DNA of 64,000 bases from an uncultured Gammaproteobacteria bacterium (GTDB lineage: Bacteria > Pseudomonadota > Gammaproteobacteria > JACCXJ01). Below are positions 41,350-51,789 of the stretch, in pieces. Below the pieces are notes generated by a model that was not told where the DNA came from, did not search any database, and saw only the letters and a program-made list of their open reading frames with translations. Within the stretch, counting starts at the first letter, position 1. Each line of letters starts with the position of its first letter. Location: contig CAVXTM010000012.1 of assembly GCA_963764725.1 (NCBI GenBank), forward strand, positions 64,001-128,000, given 5' to 3'. Both the position numbers and the translations under genes were made by a program.

Positions 41350-41586
41350 AGTCACTGCTGAAGGACTCGGTCATGCCCGGCACTGAGCTGCTCGCACCCC
41401 TCGGCTGCGGGGTCACCACGGGCGCGGGCGGCTGACACGGCCCGCAAGGGATACATTCACCACGCTGCCTGGCGGTCTCGGTGCGCCGGAATGCTCTGGT
41501 CCTTCTGTCGAGAACCCTTCACGCAGCCGTGGGAGGAAGAGAGCAAGACGAATTCGTAGTATAGTCTGTCGATCGAGGAGATTGGA

Positions 41587-41940
41587 CATGGCGTCCGCAA
41601 CCCCTCGGGAGGCACGGTGTCGATCCACTGGTTCGGGTATGTCGGTACAGCCCTCGTGATCGTTGCGTATCTACCGCAGATCACCCACCTCATTCGTGAG
41701 AAGTGTTCTGCAGGCATAAGCTTTGGTGCCTATGCCATCTGGGTGGTGGCTGCAGTTCTCTTGCTTACCTACGCTATCCTCACGCGCGACCCAGTCTTCA
41801 TGGCGCTTCAAAGCTACCAGGTCCTCGCGACTGGCCTCATTTGCTTCTACTCCAAGCGCTTTGCGCACAACCTTTGCGAAATCCACGGCGGCTCCGCCCA
41901 AGTGGAGCCTCCGCCTAACAAGGCCTGTGCTGGACCATGA
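41587..41940 (+). CDS. PQ-loop / SemiSWEET-like small transporter
   Basis: AYLPQI, three TM helices; ends in GCCTAACAAG. Confidence 0.75.
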   Translation, partial: HGVRNPSGGTVSIHWFGYVGTALVIVAYLPQITHLIREKCSAGISFGAYAIWVVAAVLLLTYAILTRDPVFMALQSYQVLATGLICFYSKRFAHNLCEIHGGSAQVEPPPNKACAGP

Positions 41941-42047
41941 GAGGCGGTAGGCGCTCGTCGAGCAGCAGCGCGTTTTCACTCACCGCTGCCGAGGAAGAGA
42001 GTTCGTCCGGTGCCGGGTCCACGCTGCGCCACCGCGGATCTGGCTTC

Positions 42048-42449
42048 TCAGCCCGTCGAAGCGAGCCGACGCCGGACGATGAGGTTTCCGACAGAGACCT
42101 GCACCGGCTTGTTGTTCTGATTCAGCGTCATGGTCTTCACCTTGATGACGCCTTGATCGGGGCGCGACTTGGAAGGCCGTACCTCGAGCACTTCGATGTC
42201 TAGAGGCAAGGTATAGTCCGGTCGTGCGGGGTTCGGCCAGCGCAATTCGTCGCATCCGACGCCGACGATGCCACCCACGGGCTTCAGCTCGCTCTCCACG
42301 AGCAGACGCATGGTCATCGCCGCAGTATGCCAGCCGCTCGCGGGCCAAGCCCTTGAAAACTGACCCTCGGGCGGCGTCTTCGTTGAGGTGAACGGCTGGG
42401 GATCGAATTCGGCGGCGAAGGATTTGATTCGCTCGCGATCGACCTTCAA
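42048..42449 (-). pseudogene. MaoC family dehydratase, degenerate
   Basis: FAAEFDPQPF, ASGWHTAAMTMRL, ELRWP. Confidence 0.75.
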
Positions 42450-42523
42450 CTGCCCGCAGGCGAACTTCTAGGTGAGTCGCGCGGCGAGGCATGCATGGCG
42501 TGGAGCGCAATCCGCCACGCAGC

Positions 42524-43012
42524 CTACCCCCCTTGCCAGGGCTCGCCCTCCGGGGCACCACGGCCGAGCTTGTCGGGCAGCGGCTCGCCCTCGGGCGTAA
42601 AGTCCAGAGACACGGAGTTGATGCAGTAGCGCAGGCCCGTGGGCGGCGGGCCGTCGGGGAACACGTGCCCCTGGTGGCTGCCGCAGCGGGCGCAGAGAAG
42701 CTCCGTACGCGCCATGCCCTAACTTGAGTCACGCTCTTCACGCAAGTGATCGTCGTCGAAGGGCGCCGTGAAGCTCGGCCAGCCGGTGCCGCTTTCGAAC
42801 TTTTGCCCGCCCAGGAACAGTGGCAGGCCGCAGAGCCGGCAGGTGAAGACCCCCGGACGCTTCTCGTCCAGGAATGCGCCACAGAACGGCGCCTCCGTGG
42901 CGTGACGGAGCAGCACATTGGCTTCTTCGGCCGTCAGATCCGCTTCTAACAGCTTGCGCTGCTCCGGGGACGGAGGGATCAAATCAAATCCCGAGCCGGA
43001 ATGTGCGGCCAT
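42524..43012 (-). pseudogene. msrB: Peptide-methionine (R)-S-oxide reductase with in-frame TAG at 42719-42721
   Basis: [32 protein letters not shown]. Confidence 0.88.
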
Positions 43013-43614
43013 TACTGCACCTCCTCGTCCTGATGCTCCTTATACGCCTGAATCGTCTCGATCTTGGGCTGGGCCACGGCGTGGATATAGGGCTGATCCG
43101 GGTTCCGCGCCGCGTAGTCGTGGTGATAGTCCTCGGCGACGTAAAACGTCTGCAGCGGCACAAGCTCGGTGGCGAGCGGCGCATCGAACACGCCCGCGCG
43201 CTCGATCTGGTCCATGTAGAGTTCGGCCACCTCGCGCTGCATATCGTCGGCATAGAAGATCGCCGAGCGGTATTGCCGGCCCACATCGTTGCCCTGGCGG
43301 TCCGCCTGGGTGGGATCATGGGCGATGGCGAAGAACACCTTCAGGATCTCGCCGAGGCCGATGCGGCCTGCGTCGTAGACCACTTCCACCACCTCGGCGT
43401 GGTCCGTGCGGCCGGTGCAGACGGTCTTGTAGTCCGCCGTCGCCGCGGTGCCACCGGCATAGCCCGGGCGGACGTTCGTCACCCCGTCCAGCTCCTTGAA
43501 CACGGCCTCCACGCACCAGAAGCAGCCGCCGCCCAGCACGATGGACTTCTCCCCCTCCCCTTTGGTGTCAAGCTCGGCCGCAGGGAAGGACCAGGGGTCG
43601 ATGGTCAGGGACAT
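43012..43614 (-). CDS. msrA: Peptide-methionine (S)-S-oxide reductase
   Basis: GGCFWCVE, HDPTQ, QYRSAIF, AEDYHHDY. Confidence 0.95.
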   Translation of the reverse strand: MSLTIDPWSFPAAELDTKGEGEKSIVLGGGCFWCVEAVFKELDGVTNVRPGYAGGTAATADYKTVCTGRTDHAEVVEVVYDAGRIGLGEILKVFFAIAHDPTQADRQGNDVGRQYRSAIFYADDMQREVAELYMDQIERAGVFDAPLATELVPLQTFYVAEDYHHDYAARNPDQPYIHAVAQPKIETIQAYKEHQDEEVQ

Positions 43615-43829
43615 GGGCGAACTCCGAAACGATTGCATGCGCGAATCCGCTGGTACGCCCCGCAGCGGCACAGGCCGTAGCGTCGGGTCGATCGGGGTCG
43701 GATCGAGGCACGGGAGACGCAGCAGAGGGGTGAAGGCGTGCACGTCCGATAAGATCGCGTTGGGTCAATTCGGAGCTTTATCGGGACTACGCTCCTCTCG
43801 GTGGTGCGGGGAGACAAGTGCGCCGCGCC

Positions 43830-44360
43830 TCAGGTCACATGTGCGACCGTCACAACGAGCTTTCCGCGCCCCCGTCTCTCCCTCACTTCTGCTGTGTATG
43901 CCGCGGAGGCCTGAGTAAGCGGCAACACAGCATCCACCACTGGATGGAGATCGCCCGACTCCAGCAGGTCTCCAATGCGGATCAACTGTTCATGATTCGG
44001 CTCGACGATAAAAAATGCCTGCTTAACTCGGTTGTCGGTGGTCGTCTCGCTCTCCGCGGCGATCGTGATCATTCTTCCGCCAGGTTTGAGGACGTCCCAG
44101 GAACGCTGCAGCGTGTCCCCGCCGACCGTGTCGAAAACGACGTCCATTCCCGAGACGTTTTCCTCAAAGTGCACTGCGCGGTAGTCAATCACCTGTTCGG
44201 CTCCCAACTCTGTGACGAAGTTAAGGTTCCGCGCGGACGCGGTAGCTGCTATACGCGCGCCACGAAATCGAGCGCGAAGATGCCAACCGCACCTGCTCCG
44301 CCATGCACCAGTACGTGCTCTCCAGCCTGTAGTCTCGCGCGATCGAACAACCCCTGCCTA
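43830..44360 (-). pseudogene. NADP-dependent oxidoreductase (MDR/quinone reductase), 3' part
   Basis: GAEQVIDY, DVVFDTVGG, RGKLVV; N-terminus missing. Confidence 0.8.
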
Positions 44361-44713
44361 CCCCGTGCGCGGACGTAGCCGGCACAGGCTTGTCGCACAG
44401 CCACTATGCTTCGCGGCAGCGCTCCTGCCTCTCGCGGTAGTAGACGGGGCCGCCTGTCTCGGCCATGACGGTCGTGAGCAAGGTATAGATTCTCTCACCG
44501 TGACTTCTTTGCATTTGGCAAAGACGTTTTGTCTGACATTTGGTTGCGGCCAGAGGGCGCGCTAGGAATTTCAAACGCCCTTTTTCGGCAAGCGGAAGAG
44601 TACGGATGTACCCGCGGGTTGTCAACGACGCGATCAGTCGGTCCAGGATGCGGGATGTTTCTGACCCAGCCGTCCGAGGCGCCCGGCTCCGGGGGGCGTT
44701 TTGGCCTCGCGCG

Positions 44714-44893
44714 TGTCTGTGGCGAGGTCCAAATTCTACGAGAATTTCCACGCTGATTGCAGTCTTGTGAATCATAACCGAGTGGCAAGGTTGTGGCATG
44801 CGAGAACTCTTCGTCCTCCTTGCACATCTCTGCGAGACGCTGGCGAACCTTTGTCGACCCGGTGGACTTTATGCGGTAGCGGCCGAGTCACTG
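44714..44893 (+). mobile_element. Left end and 5' transposase remnant; homologous to 52800-52980
   Basis: Shared TTCCACG.TGATTGCAGTCTTGTGAATC and GAGAACTCTTCGTCCTCCTTGC. Confidence 0.7.
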
Positions 44894-44896
44894 ACG

Positions 44897-44996
44897 CCCC
44901 AGTTCGACTACAAGCTTGCGTGGTTCGAGCGGCTGCTCCAGCATGCCAAGCGTCTGTTGGCGTCCCATCAGCCGGTGGTGCTCGCGGGCGACTTCA
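44897..44996 (+). pseudogene. Exodeoxyribonuclease III fragment
   Basis: FDYKLAWFERL..PVVLAGDF. Confidence 0.7.
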
Positions 44997-45009
44997 TGCC
45001 GACAAGTTC

Positions 45010-45185
45010 ATTGTCATCGTCAGGACGGCAGGTCACGACCTTGCGCGTCATCAACTTGCGTGGCTTGGGGATCGCGCCCATCGGCAACAACTTTTAAAAG
45101 CCAGATCGCGATCGGTCACGATGCCGACTAATTTTTTAGCCTGGTCGTTTTCGATGACAGGAATCGGACCGATGTTTCGTTCTTC
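45010..45185 (-). pseudogene. CBS-domain protein fragment
   Basis: NIGPIPVIEN..KKLVGIVTDRDLA. Confidence 0.7.
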
Positions 45186-45585
45186 ATCAATTGCGCCGCC
45201 CTTGCCACCACGTCGGTTGACAAGCAATGAATCGGTTCGTCGCCCGTTGCACACAGATTGTCGTACGATGTCTAACAGTGTCTAACGACGTCCCGCAAGC
45301 CCAAATTCGTGAAGTTTTTTCGTCCGGCGGAGAGCTAAACCTAGCAGTGTAATGAGTGAATTAGATGCTCTAGGGTTAAACCATGCGACAGGTCCTCATA
45401 TCCCGCGGGGAAGACAATTATTGGGTTGCAGAATGTCCGAGTCGCCCTGGCTGTATTTCTCAAGGCCCGTAGAGCGCCCCCTATGAGGGCGAGCTTGTCC
45501 AGCGGCGCCGAGCCCTTACAGACTTACCCAGACCGTGCCACCGAGCATTCAGGCATGGAGGATAACGGCGGTTCTTCCGACTGGA

Positions 45586-46482
45586 TCAAATATAAAGCGG
45601 TAACTGGGTTTCTACGGCGGTGGGGCTTATCCCGAGATCGGCGAAGGTCGAGGCCTCTGAGGCCTCGGCGTTAACAACGTTGTCCCGTTTCATCAATACA
45701 ACTTGATCATAGGTCAGAGGAGGGTTGGGCAGCACTCCAAGCAAGGCTGCCTGCACCCTCCATACAAAGTACGGCACAGGCAGCAAGAACCGCTTCCGCT
45801 GCTGGTGGCGCAGCAGCAGTTCCACTAAAGCCCTGTAGCTATAGATTCGCGGGCCCCCGAGTTCATAGAGCAGCCCCCGCGCTGCAGGCTCGAACAAGGC
45901 CTTCACCACCGCTTCGGCGACATCGCCGACGAATACCGGTTGCAGCAGCACCTGGCCGTTGCCGAAAAGCGGAACGACCGGTGAGAACCGCGTTATAGAG
46001 GCCAAGGTATTCAAAAACGCATCACCGGGACCGAAGAGCACACTCGGACGGAGGATGGTCGCACCCGTAAAGACCTGTCGGACCTTGGACTCCCCCTGGG
46101 CTCGAGCGCGAACATAGGCTGATTCGGAACTGGGATCTGCACCAATGCCGGAGATATGGATCAGCCGGTCGGCGCGCGCCTGTGCCGCTGCCCGCGCTAC
46201 GTTGACGGCCCCCTGAACGTGTACTCCCTCGAAGGTGGCATCGCCTCGCTCGACGTAAAGGCTCACGGCATTCACAACCGCTTCGGCACCTTCAATCGCT
46301 TGGACTACAGATCTCTCATCCCGCACATCGGCATAGACCGCACCGGTTCGTCCATTATCGGAAAGGACATGCGGGTGGCGCACTGCCACGCGCACGCGGG
46401 CGCCTTGAGCGGCGAGGCGCTTGACGATGTGCTGACCGATAAAGCCAGATCCGCCAAATACAGTAACCGAGCTGTGCGCCAT
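45586..46482 (-). CDS. NAD-dependent epimerase, complex I NDUFA9 family
   Basis: VTVFGGSGFIG, ATILRPS.LFG..D, QPVFVGDVA, YELGGP. Confidence 0.9.
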   Translation of the reverse strand: MAHSSVTVFGGSGFIGQHIVKRLAAQGARVRVAVRHPHVLSDNGRTGAVYADVRDERSVVQAIEGAEAVVNAVSLYVERGDATFEGVHVQGAVNVARAAAQARADRLIHISGIGADPSSESAYVRARAQGESKVRQVFTGATILRPSVLFGPGDAFLNTLASITRFSPVVPLFGNGQVLLQPVFVGDVAEAVVKALFEPAARGLLYELGGPRIYSYRALVELLLRHQQRKRFLLPVPYFVWRVQAALLGVLPNPPLTYDQVVLMKRDNVVNAEASEASTFADLGISPTAVETQLPLYI

Positions 46483-46929
46483 GACATTTGGAACTTTACC
46501 GTTCGAGCGTTCGACGGTCGAGCCGATGGTACTCCTTGCCCGCGGACCTCGTAAAATCCATTCGGCTGTTGCGTAGTTGTAGCGACTTTTGGTCGCTGCC
46601 ACACTCTGCGCATGACCCTCGCACAGAAGCGACGTACCCAGACCTACGATCATCGCCTTCGCGACATAGTCCATACGACAGGCGATCCGGATCTTGTCAA
46701 ACCCTATCGAGGTCCCCCGATCGACCGCGCACGGATGGAGGGTCCGCCCGCGTTCTCCGGTCGTGGCCGCCGAGGTTACATCTCTCACCTGCTCGATACC
46801 ACCGATGGCAACGCATTGCAGAAAGCTGTGGTCTGGATGACTGTTCTAGCTGTCCTCGGCTCACACCGACGCATTGGCTCGATGAGTCAGTATTGACATC
46901 GAGACATCATGATGCTTATGCTTAGGTGC

Positions 46930-47178
46930 ATGAGAACGACGCTGACTCTCGATGATGACGTTGCGGCGGCTTTGGAGCGCTTACGGCGAAGCCGTGAGGA
47001 GAGTTTGAAGGTCTTGGTGAATGAAGCTCTGCGCCGGGGCCTGAAGCAGCTCAATAAGCGGCCGGAGCAGCGTCACCCGCTTCGGACCACACCGGTATCC
47101 CTTGGGCGTTGCCGCATCGGAAGTGTCGATAACATCGCAGATTTACTCACCGTCGCGGAAGGCGACGCCTTCAAATGA
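46930..47178 (+). CDS. vapB: RHH antitoxin (VapB type)
   Basis: MRTTLTLDDDV..VNEALRRGL; overlaps the toxin start (ATGA). Confidence 0.88.
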   Translation: MRTTLTLDDDVAAALERLRRSREESLKVLVNEALRRGLKQLNKRPEQRHPLRTTPVSLGRCRIGSVDNIADLLTVAEGDAFK

Positions 47179-47606
47179 TCCTTGTTGACGCCAACCTTCT
47201 CATCTACGCCCATGTCAACACCTTCTCCCAACATGAGCAGGCCCGCGAGTGGCTCGATACACAACTCAATGGTACAGCTCCTGTCGGCCTACCTTGGCAT
47301 AGCCTACTCGCCTTCTTAAGAATCGTGACCAACCCTCGGGTGTTTGAACAACCCGAGTCCATGAGTGATGCTTGGCGCCAAGTTCTGGCATGGCTTGGTT
47401 GCGAGGCGGCGTGGGTCCCGGCTCCCGGGGACCAGCATACCGAGTTTTTGGGGCAGTTACTCAAGGCGCCAGGCGTACAGGGAAACCTCGTTCCGGATGC
47501 GCATCTTGCCGCACTGGCTATGGAGCACGGGTTAATACTGTGTTCCACGGACGGGGATTTCGGCAGATTCTCGGGGTTGCGTTGGCAGAATCCAATAGCC
47601 GTCTGA
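47175..47606 (+). CDS. vapC: PIN-domain toxin
   Basis: ILVDANLLIYA, DAHLAALA.EHG, STDGDF. Confidence 0.93.
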   Translation: MILVDANLLIYAHVNTFSQHEQAREWLDTQLNGTAPVGLPWHSLLAFLRIVTNPRVFEQPESMSDAWRQVLAWLGCEAAWVPAPGDQHTEFLGQLLKAPGVQGNLVPDAHLAALAMEHGLILCSTDGDFGRFSGLRWQNPIAV

Positions 47607-47982
47607 GAACTAAGCATGGGTGGTGCCCGGCCGGTCAGGCTAGGAAGCGGCGTGTATGTCGAGTGCTCGGCCGGTTTAGTGCACAATGCCCACGCGACCG
47701 GCTGCGCGCCAAACGCACTACAACATAGACATTGTCCGCCCAGAGAGAGGGGGGGAATACAGAAATGCCGTTGGATATTCCATCCTCCGAACTGTCCGCC
47801 GTCGTTTTGGCGGCCTTCGAGTGTGCACCGGGGCCGCTCACGATGGCGGCCTTGAAGAGGGCCCTGACCAAGCCTTTCCGAATACAGAACGGCCTATGGG
47901 ACGCAGTCTTATGGCTCATAGCCGAACGGCGCGTGCACCCGTGGCCAGGGACTTTTTTGTTACCTATCTTCCCGACCGCTCA

Positions 47983-48335
47983 CTAGAACGACCTACACGC
48001 ACTTGAGCGAACCCTCAAGACTGCTTCCTGCTGGAATTCCGCCTTGTACTTGCTCATGACCTCGTTAACCGCAATCTCGCTTTCCTCGGTGTCCGGATGA
48101 ACGAGATGCAGCACGTGGGACGCCTCGCGCTCGATCACTCCACTTGCGGCCTGCCACTGGCCCGATGCTTCCCACGATGCGTCACGATACCGCCCGGCCT
48201 GGCCGTGCCAAAGTACATAGACTCCATGACGGCACACTGCTCCCCCGGCCGGCAAGTCAGCAGCGGGCTCGACGCACAGGCTGCAACAGCGAGGGCTATG
48301 GCGAGGACGCTACTTATCCGAACCCATCTCAGACC
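47983..48335 (-). pseudogene. DUF3574 lipoprotein with internal deletion; putative first integron cassette
   Basis: LAVAAC lipobox, MYFGT, ASGQW, YKAEFQQEAVLRV. Confidence 0.7.
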
Positions 48336-48357
48336 AGACTCCTACACGCCTAGTGGC

Positions 48358-48400
48358 GGCTAACTAATGAGTGAGTGGTTTCCGTTTATCATGCGGCCAA
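48358..48400 (-). other. Putative attI (core GTTAGCC)
   Basis: GTT core about 140 bp upstream of and divergent from the intI remnant, immediately before the cassette SD. Confidence 0.45.
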
Positions 48401-48503
48401 TTTGATATCGCAGCCCTGGCAAGGTGGCAATAAGGTGCTGTTTTGACACACGTCAGCTGTCTGTATAGCATACTTTTTTTCAGAATAACGAGGCTAGGAT
48501 GCC

Positions 48504-48775
48504 ATGCTCGAACCGCTCCCCATCGACCTCGCCCGGCGCTACGAGATATAGCTAGAGCAAACCGGGATCGCCAAACCCCTCTGGAAATCACTATACGAAA
48601 TGGCTGCGTTACTACTGGGATTTCTGCCATAAGTACGGGCACCCGCCGAACCAGCAGCAAAGCTTTCCGCCGTTCGACGAGAAGCTCCGCGCCAAACATC
48701 AGTCGGAATCCCAGCGGCAGCAGGCGCGGCAGGCACTCTCGCTCTATTACGCTCTGGCGGAAACCGATCTGCGCG
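48504..48775 (+). pseudogene. intI: N-terminal extension of a long-type integron integrase
   Basis: YTKWLRYYWDFCHKY..FDEKLRAKHQSESQRQQARQALSLYY; internal stop and frameshift; catalytic domain absent. Confidence 0.6.
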
Positions 48776-49083
48776 GCGGCCAGATCTCGGTGACAAACCC
48801 GGCCACTTGGGTCTCGACCCGGAGGGGTCATTCACACCGACATCGTGATTTACCTCAAAGCGGTCGCTGAACGCTCCTCGTGAGCGGCGCTGCCGAGGTA
48901 ACCGAAGTTGCACTTTATGCATCACGCGTTCGATCGCAGCGCACCTAAGCCGAATGCCACTGGACAACTCTGCGGGCACGCCCGCCCCGGGCCCTTGGAA
49001 ACAGCGTTTATTGGCCTGCAGGCAAGGTAAGTTGGTAGTGAGCTGGACATAGTTACCGGTGTTCTGAAGACCTACCGCGTAGA

Positions 49084-49788
49084 TCAATCGCTAGTCTGCA
49101 GTTGGCAGAGCGGTGGCAGCTGTTTGCCGCTGAACCATAGCTCGTAACTGTTGGGAGAAGTTTTGGCGGCCCACACTGTCTGAGAAAGATCCTTGACCTC
49201 GAGCTCCAAGCCCAGCGTGCCGAACAGCCCAGCGATCTGCTCGGCGCGCGCCATGTCGGAGATATGGAAGAAGCGGAGCTCCTGGTTCGACTCGGCATAG
49301 CCCGGATACGTGCGAACCGCCGGGAAAAAGATCGAGGCCTTGTCCGCGTCCTTGAAACTTTCGCGCAGCTTCACCAAGCAATCGTAGACCTGATTATTCG
49401 GAACATGGATGAACACGCGCGACGGCCGCCTGAGCAGCGCGATGCGGTAGGCCTCCTCGACGTCGGGGTTCTCTTTGGCCGCGCTCTGGATCGCAACCTC
49501 GAGCATGGGCAGCAGCTCGGGGTTCTGTGCTGTCGTCGCGTAATCGATCTGAGCTGCCAGGAACTCGACCGGCACTTTGCCTTTCTTGGCCAGGTACTCG
49601 AACATGGCGATGCCATATTTTTGCTTTTCTGGTGACTTGTCCGTGACGAGATCGATCATGGCCTTCAAATCGTTGACGTTCTGCTGCCATTGCGTCCAGT
49701 ACCAGCCCATCCCGGCCACGGTCAGTGGGACAAGGACAATCGAGAGCATTTTGAAGAGCGCATCCCAAGGGTCACTGGTGAACTTCAC
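49084..49788 (-). CDS. Membrane-anchored hypothetical protein
   Basis: 234-aa ORF with GC3-rich codons and an N-terminal TM helix. Confidence 0.7.
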   Translation of the reverse strand: MKFTSDPWDALFKMLSIVLVPLTVAGMGWYWTQWQQNVNDLKAMIDLVTDKSPEKQKYGIAMFEYLAKKGKVPVEFLAAQIDYATTAQNPELLPMLEVAIQSAAKENPDVEEAYRIALLRRPSRVFIHVPNNQVYDCLVKLRESFKDADKASIFFPAVRTYPGYAESNQELRFFHISDMARAEQIAGLFGTLGLELEVKDLSQTVWAAKTSPNSYELWFSGKQLPPLCQLQTSD

Positions 49789-49834
49789 GATTCAAGATCC
49801 TCAAGGATAAAACTCCATGGCCGAGCGAATTGGA

Positions 49835-50150
49835 TTAGGCGCCGCCTGGCCTGCCGCTGACGGTGAACGATATTGTCCTATCTTCACTGCCGTCGATTTT
49901 TGCCGGTGAGAACGTCTCTAAGTGGGCAAGGGTTTTGCCAACGCATGTCCTGAGTTCGTTGAAGATCTGCTCATTGTCTTCAAATTTCGGCGGTTCCAAC
50001 CCCGCTAACCGCGAGGCCACACCCTTTGGCGACGTCGGTGGCAATCTGGACCTGGCGCGACGCATTAATGAGAACGCTGGGATCCACGCGAGCGAGGTTG
50101 CTCATCGACTTGATGCAGAAGGTAATCGATGCTGGATACATGGAAATGTG
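49835..50150 (-). pseudogene. Second DUF1993 gene, decayed
   Basis: KGVASRLAGLEPPKFEDNE..IDGSEDRTI aligns with 33052..33558. Confidence 0.75.
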
Positions 50151-50485
50151 CATAGTACTCGCCTATAGGCAGATAAGCCATCGTGGGCAGCGATGAAGGA
50201 TCTCTTTTACCAAGTGTTTGGTGAATAATAGATCAATGCACAACAGCTCGATGCTCAACCACGAGCCGGGCAAATATCCCCACTGCTTGCACCTCCACAT
50301 CCGAGATCTCACCCACATGGCGTCCCAAAGTTTCTCGTCCGAATACCCTAAGCAGACGAATTTCATGATTCGCCCCATCAGCAATTTGAGATGTGTGCGC
50401 AATGCCCTACTAAGGCAAAAGTGCCAGGTTCCAATTGACAGTCGAATGGCCGTCGGGGAAATCGACACCGTGCGTGGCAAAATTT

Positions 50486-50671
50486 TCATGAGCCACACTC
50501 GACCAGGTTGACGGTGCTCGCGGCCTCCTCGGCAACGAGGCGCGCGGCAGACTCCAGCGAACGCTGCAGCCGCTCGCCGCCGAACTCGTCGTTCCCTGCG
50601 TAAACGAATCGCAGATCCGAAACGCCGATAAACTCAAAGATCGTCCGCAGGTGCGGCTCCACGTGGTTCAT
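50486..50671 (-). pseudogene. FMN-dependent azoreductase (AzoR) C-terminal fragment
   Basis: EPHLRTIFEFIGVSDLRFVYA. Confidence 0.65.
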
Positions 50672-50938
50672 TGGCCACAGGGGGGCGACCTACGGGCGTT
50701 TCTCATAAAGGATGGCCAGCCGCACGAGCAGGCCTTCGCCCCGACACTGCGCCAGGTAGCGAGCCGCGCGGTCCGACCGGCTGTCGCGGCACTTTCCCGT
50801 CATCGAACCTTGACGAGCAGCAGTCCGCCAGGAGCGGACAAGCGAGTGGGGCTCGGCTCGCTGGCTGTGTTTGAGACTCATGCGACTGCTCAGGGCGGCA
50901 AAGCTCAGCAGACCGCCGGGCCGGCCTGCACGCGTGAA

Positions 50939-51601
50939 CTACGGCGTGTAGAAACTCGCGTCACATCGTGCAAGGCGCGCGCAGAACTCGGCCACCGGCA
51001 GCGCCGTCAAATATCCCAGCGTGCGGTCGATGCGGATGATGATGCCCAGCAGTTCGCCGCGCTCATCGAAGAGGCCGCCGCCGCTCATCCCCTTCTCACC
51101 CTTGATGCCGGTGAAGATCAACGGGACACTCACACCGTGACTGGTCCAGCGCGTTGCGCCGATGGCGCCGCGCGCAAAGCTTGCGGCGCCATCCGGTCGC
51201 CGCACCTCGACCGCCAGCACGCGCTCGCCGAACGCTGCGGGCCGCGCGCGAAACCTGGCAAAGTCGCCGACCGGCTGCTCGACGCGCAACAGGGCAACAT
51301 CGACGTCCCGGTCGAAGCGCTGCACGCGCGCAGCAAGCTTTGCTCCCTTGGCATCCGTGACGGTGATCATCGTCGCGCCCCATACGACATGCGCGGCCGT
51401 CGCGATCTCCCGCGCAGGCGTCACAACGCCCATACCCTCGCCTTTCACCGGCAGTCGGTAGCCGCTGAATCTCACGCCGTTTGCGCGCGACACCTCGATC
51501 CATACCGAAGACTCAGCGGGGCCGGCCGCTGCCGGACGAAGGCTGCAAGCCACGACCGCGAGCAACAGCAGGACAGCGCGATTCAAAGACGACGGTCGCA
51601 T
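50939..51601 (-). CDS. Secreted trypsin-like (S1) serine protease
   Basis: TAAHVV, DVALLRV, GMSGGGLFD. Confidence 0.88.
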   Translation of the reverse strand: MRPSSLNRAVLLLLAVVACSLRPAAAGPAESSVWIEVSRANGVRFSGYRLPVKGEGMGVVTPAREIATAAHVVWGATMITVTDAKGAKLAARVQRFDRDVDVALLRVEQPVGDFARFRARPAAFGERVLAVEVRRPDGAASFARGAIGATRWTSHGVSVPLIFTGIKGEKGMSGGGLFDERGELLGIIIRIDRTLGYLTALPVAEFCARLARCDASFYTP

Positions 51602-51789
51602 GGCGCATCAACCAGATCGGCCGAGCACAGGCCAGGGTCATCCGAACACGCAGCGTCCGGGATCGCTGGCGAATAAGAATTTCAAAAGCCCCTTTTTCTT
51701 CGAATGGGAAGATATGACTAAACCTGTTAGCTGTCAAACACGCGAGATCGCGGTCGAGTATCGAGGATTTCCTGAGCTATTCGTCGAGC

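Noticed and set aside
42719-42721. Recoded TAG (pyrrolysine, selenocysteine or alternative code) in msrB; similar stops at Tyr-like positions near 26945 and 24411
   Set aside because: Selenocysteine uses TGA at the catalytic Cys, which is intact here. TAG is a normal stop in many genes of this window, and TAC to TAG/TAA is a single-base nonsense change in a decaying region.
48455-48478. LexA box in the intI promoter
   Set aside because: CTGTATAGCATACTT matches only the left half of CTGT-N8-ACAG; too degenerate to call.
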